This document shows positions 59,236 through 64,000 of a stretch of 64,000 nt of DNA, one piece after another; positions within the stretch are counted from its first letter, which is position 1, and every line of letters begins with the position of its first letter. The stretch is from Candidatus Binatia bacterium (GTDB lineage: Bacteria; Desulfobacterota; Binatia; UBA9968; JAJDTQ01). Below the pieces are notes generated by a model that had not been told where the DNA came from, ran no database searches, and was given only the letters and a program-made list of their open reading frames with translations. The position numbers and the translations under genes are program-made. The DNA is taken from the NCBI GenBank assembly GCA_963666515.2, contig OY762897.2:3008001-3072000 (forward strand). Direction: 5' to 3'.

Positions 59236-60462
59236 TCACCGGAACGTTTGCAACTCTTTGGGCCTTACTCCGACGAAGGAGTCCAGCTTCACCAATCCTT
59301 CCGCGTTTTCTTCGAGCCGCAACGCCTTGGGCTCACGGCCCGCGGCCACGGCGTCGATGGCGTCGCGGACCATGCGGCGCAGCATGATGACGCCGCGGTC
59401 GGAGGTGCCCAGGCGCTCCTCACGCTCTCCCAGCAGCCGCTGGGTGCCCTGGGTGACGATGTCCTCCTGGCGGATGTTGCCGCGGAACGGCATGAGCGGG
59501 CGCTGGTCGTAGGGCTTCACGTCCCCCTTGGGGGTCTCGCGCTTCCGCATCTTCCCCAGCCGCTCGAAGATGTCCGGGTCCGGGCCGGTGTAGTAGTCCA
59601 CGGTGAACAGCATGAAGTGGTCGTCGTCGTTGGGGGTGAGGAACATGAAGTGCTCGTAGTTGGAGCCCACCTTCTCCAGCACCTCCGGCTCCACCCGCGC
59701 GTGCACGAACTCGGTGTCGCCCACCTGGAGGATGCTCGGCAGCCCCAGGCTCATCTCGTCGACGAACTCGGTGCCTTCCGACGGACCCGGCTTGGACATG
59801 ACCATCTTCATGCCGTAGGGGGTTTCCACGGGCTCGTAGTCCGGCGGGCTCTTGGCGCTGAAGAACTCGCCGCCCCAGGTCTGTTCGCCGTAGGCGCTGC
59901 GGCTGTGGAGGATCCAAACGTGGCAGGGGTCGGCGCTGTTCTCGTAGAAGTTGAACCAGTTGTAGTCGAAGTGCCGCGTGCTCTCCACCAGCCGCTGCCC
60001 GCCGTGGTCCACCAGCGGCGAATAGTTGGGCAGGGGCGGCGGATCATCGGGGTCCGGCCCCATGTAGGCGAAGATCAGTCCGCCCAGCGTCCGCACCGGA
60101 TAGGCCGGATGCTTCACCTTGGCGCAGAAGGCGGTCTCGGGCGGCTCGGAGGGCTGCTCCAGGCAGTGGCCCGCCACGTCGTAGAGCCAGCCGTGGTAGG
60201 GGCAGCGGATGCCGCGCTCCTCGATGTCGCCGTACTCCAGGGACGAGCCGCGGTGGGAGCAGTCCCGGCCGACGAGCCCCAGGCGGCCCCTGAGGTCGCG
60301 GAACAGCACCAGGTCCTCGCCCAGCACCCGCACGGCCCGGGGGACGTCGTGCAGTTCCGCCTCGGTGCCCACCGCGAGCCAGTAGCGCCGCAGCCACTCT
60401 CCGCCCGGCGTGCCCCGCCCCACGCGCGGGATGTCCTTGTTGGTGCTTCTGAACGTGTCCAC
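59236..60462 (-). CDS. Rieske non-heme iron oxygenase alpha subunit (phthalate 4,5-dioxygenase-like)
   Basis: CSHRG...CPYHGW Rieske motif; ENSADPCH-x4-H; QED. Confidence 0.9.
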   Translation of the reverse strand: MDTFRSTNKDIPRVGRGTPGGEWLRRYWLAVGTEAELHDVPRAVRVLGEDLVLFRDLRGRLGLVGRDCSHRGSSLEYGDIEERGIRCPYHGWLYDVAGHCLEQPSEPPETAFCAKVKHPAYPVRTLGGLIFAYMGPDPDDPPPLPNYSPLVDHGGQRLVESTRHFDYNWFNFYENSADPCHVWILHSRSAYGEQTWGGEFFSAKSPPDYEPVETPYGMKMVMSKPGPSEGTEFVDEMSLGLPSILQVGDTEFVHARVEPEVLEKVGSNYEHFMFLTPNDDDHFMLFTVDYYTGPDPDIFERLGKMRKRETPKGDVKPYDQRPLMPFRGNIRQEDIVTQGTQRLLGEREERLGTSDRGVIMLRRMVRDAIDAVAAGREPKALRLEENAEGLVKLDSFVGVRPKELQTFR

Positions 60463-60493
60463 GAAAAATCCCGGTTGGTTTCCCGTGCGCTCC

Positions 60494-60563
60494 AGGGCGA
60501 CCGCGGGTCGCCCCTACACATACCCAGCGATGAACCCCGTAGGGGCGACCCCGCGGTCGCCCT
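60494..60563. repeat. Inverted REP doublet (BIME-like, family A)
   Basis: AGGGCGACCGCGGGTCGCCCCTAC-21 nt-GTAGGGGCGACCCCGCGGTCGCCCT. Confidence 0.85.
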
Positions 60564-60566
60564 GGT

Positions 60567-61457
60567 TCAATCCAAAAAGCCGCCGCGGCTCAACTCCCGG
60601 TGCACCGAGTCCCGCGCCTCCGGCGGCAGCGGCTTGGTCTCCCACTTGGGGAAGCGCTTGATATCGAAGCCGCGCATCCGGTACATCTCGGCCACCACGG
60701 CCCGGCCGTGGCGCTTGATCTGCCCAATGATGACCGCGCTGACGTCGTTGACCCGCCGTTGCAGTTGCACCGCCTCCCCGTAGTCCTCCCGCTCCAGCGC
60801 GCGCCACAGCTCGACGCACAGTTCGGGAAGGCAGCTCGTGGGCGGATTGATCATGCCGGCCACCCCGAACGGCACCAGCCCAAAGATGTCCGCGTTGCCG
60901 GTGAACACCGACACGTCCGGCGGGAACAGCCGCACGTAGTCCAGCATGGCGCCGGCGCCGTAGGCCACCTTGATGCCGCGGATGGTGGGGATCTCCTCCT
61001 TCATGCGCTGGGCGAAGGGCGGCGCGATGGAGATGCCCGAGTACTTGGGGTTCTCGTAGATGAAGATGGGCAGCGGCACGGCGTCCGCCACCGCCCGGAA
61101 ATGGGCCATGATCTCGAACTCCGAGTGGTCGGAGTAGTAGTACGGCGGGATCACGCCGATGCCGTCGGCGCCGTGCTCCGCGGCGTGGCGCGCCAACTCC
61201 ACCGTGGTCTCGGCATCCGCGGTCCCCACGTGCACGATGAGGGGCGCGCGGCCGGCGTTCTGCTCGATGGCGACCTCGGCGGTCCGTTTTCGCTGGGCCA
61301 TGGACATGGCCGGCCCCTGGCCCGAGGAGCCCAGCATGAACAGTCCCTGGACCTCCGCGCCGACATAGAAGTCCACGAGCTTCCGCAGCATCGGCTCGTC
61401 CACCGAGGCGTCGTGCTCGAACGGCGTGATGACGGGAATGACGATGCCCTTGATCAT
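60567..61457 (-). CDS. DapA/NanA family class I aldolase
   Basis: PVITPF, GSSGQG, PPYY, IYENP, Schiff-base GIK. Confidence 0.9.
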   Translation of the reverse strand: MIKGIVIPVITPFEHDASVDEPMLRKLVDFYVGAEVQGLFMLGSSGQGPAMSMAQRKRTAEVAIEQNAGRAPLIVHVGTADAETTVELARHAAEHGADGIGVIPPYYYSDHSEFEIMAHFRAVADAVPLPIFIYENPKYSGISIAPPFAQRMKEEIPTIRGIKVAYGAGAMLDYVRLFPPDVSVFTGNADIFGLVPFGVAGMINPPTSCLPELCVELWRALEREDYGEAVQLQRRVNDVSAVIIGQIKRHGRAVVAEMYRMRGFDIKRFPKWETKPLPPEARDSVHRELSRGGFLD

Positions 61458-61530
61458 GGTCCTGTTCCTCCCGTGGTCATGAGATAGCCCTTGGGTGTTG
61501 GCGGCGTCAAGCCGGAATGCCCCCTCCTCC

Positions 61531-61560
61531 CCTGGATTCCGGCTTTCGCCGGAATGACGG
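61531..61560. repeat. Family B palindrome
   Basis: CCTGGATTCCGGCTTTCGCCGGAATGACGG. Confidence 0.8.
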
Positions 61561-61580
61561 GATCGGGCATCGACAGGCTC

Positions 61581-62306
61581 TCAGGAGCTTGCCAGCAGGC
61601 GCATGAGCCGCCCGTAGCCGTCGATCTTCTCGCGCATGCTGATGGCCTTGAAGGCCACGTAGAGCTGGGAGGTCATGTTGGCGATGACCGGCAGCCCGAG
61701 GTCGGTCTCGATGTCTTCGATGACGTCCACCACCGGGAAATTGGCGCACGGGATATAGATGGCGTCCGGATTGTCGGCTTCCCGCACCGCCCGCTTGGCT
61801 GCCTGGTAGATGTCCCCTACCGAAACCGCGCTCGAGGTGGTGAAGTCCGTCGTCAGGGAAACCAGCGAGCGCGCCTCGAATCCCCATGCCTTGAGATAGC
61901 TCACCACCTTCTCGTTCAGGTCGGGCGGATACGGGTCGACGACGGCCAGACGAGACACCCCGAGGTCCCGGAAGGCATCCAGGGCGGCAACGATGCTGGT
62001 GGTGCAGGGCGCCCCGGTGATGGACTCGAGCTGTTCGATGAGCTTCGTCTCGAACCCCTTGCCCTGGCTCAGCACCAGGGGCGAGCCGCCGTGGATGATG
62101 TAGTCGCAAGAGCGTCGTTTCAACTCGTGCGCACATGCCTCCACCTGCTTCAGCGCCTCCTTGTAAGCCTCCTCCTTCCAGCCGCCCACCATGCATGCCA
62201 CACCGATGAAGCCCACTCCGTGGGGCACGATGCGGTAGAAGTCATAGGCGTTTAGCTCGATGATCGAGGGTGAGATGTAGCCGATTCTGGCGCGGTACCC
62301 GAACAT
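61581..62306 (-). CDS. Maleate isomerase / arylmalonate decarboxylase (Asp/Glu racemase) family
   Basis: GYRARIGYISPS, LGVSRLAVVDPY, DAIYIPCANF, DLGLPVI. Confidence 0.85.
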   Translation of the reverse strand: MFGYRARIGYISPSIIELNAYDFYRIVPHGVGFIGVACMVGGWKEEAYKEALKQVEACAHELKRRSCDYIIHGGSPLVLSQGKGFETKLIEQLESITGAPCTTSIVAALDAFRDLGVSRLAVVDPYPPDLNEKVVSYLKAWGFEARSLVSLTTDFTTSSAVSVGDIYQAAKRAVREADNPDAIYIPCANFPVVDVIEDIETDLGLPVIANMTSQLYVAFKAISMREKIDGYGRLMRLLASS

Positions 62307-62343
62307 GGGCTGCTCCTTTCGTGACCAGGCGAGTCAAGCAACG

Positions 62344-63867
62344 TCAGCCAGCGTCGTTGAACTTGTAGAAAGGTTCCACCGGATGCTCTTCGTGGGATTC
62401 GAGGAAGTCCCGCACTCGTGGGAGAAGGCGGGCCTCCAGGCCGGCGGCGTTTCTTCGGCGCGCCGGCGTAATCTTCTGCCGGATCTCCTTGAGCAGAGCC
62501 TTCTCGTCCAGCCGCACGTGCTTGCCGCGGTGATAGAGGATCTCGCCGTCCACCATCACGGTATCGACAGCCCCGGCGCCGCCGCGATAGACCAGCGCGT
62601 CCACCGGCGTTTGATGCCTTGCGAGATAGGGCTCGACGATGGGGCGCGAGTCCACCAGCACCAGGTCGGCGCGCTTCCCCGGCTCCAAAGTGCCGCAGGT
62701 CGCGCCCCAGCCCAGGATATCCGCCCCGTCCGCCGTGGCCGCCCGGAAGATATCGGCCAGCGGCATGAGACCCGGACCGGCGCCCGGAACGCGCTGGAGG
62801 TTGGCCGCCAGGCGCATCTCCTGCAGCATGTCGGGCCGATCGTTCAGCGGGCTGCTGTCGAGCCCCATGCCCAGGCGCACGCCCGCGGCGTGGAAGTGCA
62901 TCAGCGGAGCGATGCCGCTGCGCAGGCGCAGGTTGGAGCTGGGGTTGTGCACCACCGCGGCTCCGCTGGCCGCCACGGTTCGGATGTCCTCGCGGTTGAG
63001 CCACACGCCGTGAGCGAGGCTCACGTCGGGCGCCAGGAAGTCCAGGCCCGCCAGCCACTGCACCGCGCTCTGGCGGTATTCGCGAAGAAAATACGACCGC
63101 TGATACTTCGTCTCCAGAACGTGTATCTGGATGCCGAGGCCACGCTCGGTGGACTCCCGCCGGATGGCGCGCAGGAGATCCTCGGTGCACCACTGGGGCC
63201 CCGCAGGGGTCAGGAACAGCCGTGCCCGGACGTTGTCACCGTTCATCTGATCCGCGAGCCTGCGGGCGACGCGGAAGTAGTCATCCGGCGCCGCGGTCCG
63301 CGACTCACTGTAGCGTGCCGCCGCCTCTTCCCGGAGCGACGGCGGCAGCGACGCCAGGAATTCCTCATCGCCGTAGACAATGTGGTTCCGGTCGCGGATA
63401 TCCAGTCCGAAGGAGACGCGCATTCCGGCATCGCGGTAGGCCCTTAGCCGTTCGTCGACGTCAGCCTCGTAGGTCTCCGGCGAGAGGCTGGAATTGTAGT
63501 GCAGGCATGTGGTGATGCCCGACTCGATCATGGTCTTGCAGGCGTAGAGGACGTCCAGGTACGGGTCGAGGGCGCCCCGCGGATTGGCCGCGAACCGGGA
63601 GAGCTCGAAGCAGTCGTCCATTCCTCCGAGTTGGAAGTCCGTGAGTCCCTTGCCGTGCTGGTGCGCGTTGACGAAGCCGGGAACCACCCAGTGGCGCGAT
63701 GAGCCCACTACGGTGGCGGTGGGGTACGAGGGCTTGAGGTCGCGGTACCGACCGACCTCGACGATGTCCCGTCCCGACACCACCACGGCGCCGTCGCGGA
63801 TCACATCGGAGGAACCGTCCCGCGCCGCCATGGTGACGACGAATTTACCTCGAACGAGATAGTCCAT
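62344..63867 (-). CDS. Amidohydrolase (TRZ/ATZ deaminase-like)
   Basis: PGFVNAHQH, HVLET, AHGVW, HNPSSNLRL, GLD, GKRADLV; start trimmed to ATG 63867. Confidence 0.92.
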   Translation of the reverse strand: MDYLVRGKFVVTMAARDGSSDVIRDGAVVVSGRDIVEVGRYRDLKPSYPTATVVGSSRHWVVPGFVNAHQHGKGLTDFQLGGMDDCFELSRFAANPRGALDPYLDVLYACKTMIESGITTCLHYNSSLSPETYEADVDERLRAYRDAGMRVSFGLDIRDRNHIVYGDEEFLASLPPSLREEAAARYSESRTAAPDDYFRVARRLADQMNGDNVRARLFLTPAGPQWCTEDLLRAIRRESTERGLGIQIHVLETKYQRSYFLREYRQSAVQWLAGLDFLAPDVSLAHGVWLNREDIRTVAASGAAVVHNPSSNLRLRSGIAPLMHFHAAGVRLGMGLDSSPLNDRPDMLQEMRLAANLQRVPGAGPGLMPLADIFRAATADGADILGWGATCGTLEPGKRADLVLVDSRPIVEPYLARHQTPVDALVYRGGAGAVDTVMVDGEILYHRGKHVRLDEKALLKEIRQKITPARRRNAAGLEARLLPRVRDFLESHEEHPVEPFYKFNDAG

Positions 63868-63918
63868 CTCAACTCCCTTGTCCGGCACACATCCCGTGCG
63901 CCACCGGGAACCGATCAG

Positions 63919-63942
63919 AGGGCGACCGCGGGTCGCCCCTAC
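63919..63942 (-). repeat. REP family A copy
   Basis: AGGGCGACCGCGGGTCGCCCCTAC, the reverse complement of the 3282-3305 copy. Confidence 0.8.
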
Positions 63943-64000
63943 ATGCAACTGGCACAGCGCGCATCCCGTGCGCGACCGGGTACTCTTCGACGCTTATCCG

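Overview
High-GC bacterial chromosomal segment. The gene content suggests a Deltaproteobacteria-like lineage (inference only). Core and metabolic genes include ntrBC-like two-component system, thiE, dnaB, queF, agmatine deiminase pathway, citrate synthase and rluD, plus many catabolic oxidoreductases and hydrolases. Two lower-GC defence islets interrupt them. Islet 1 (~28.7-38.3 kb) holds a C-protein-controlled BseCI/ClaI-like restriction-modification system, an IS21 remnant, and a CapH/CapP-like regulated operon: MBL hydrolase, E2-E1-JAB ubiquitin-like conjugation protein (split by one in-frame TAG) and patatin phospholipase, with no CD-NTase. Islet 2 (~48.2-54.4 kb) holds an AAA14/DUF4143 ATPase, a 1368-aa STAND-nuclease and FitAB/VapBC. 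Two genes missed or split by the ORF track look like selenoproteins: a deiodinase-like thioredoxin-fold protein (FGSIT-U-PPF, with a clear SECIS hairpin) and an unannotated 71-aa protein with two in-frame UGA codons (GG-U-YGN-U-G) at 43204-43419 (-). Two families of short intergenic palindromic repeats and a 10-bp tandem array are also present. No rRNA, tRNA or CRISPR array was seen.
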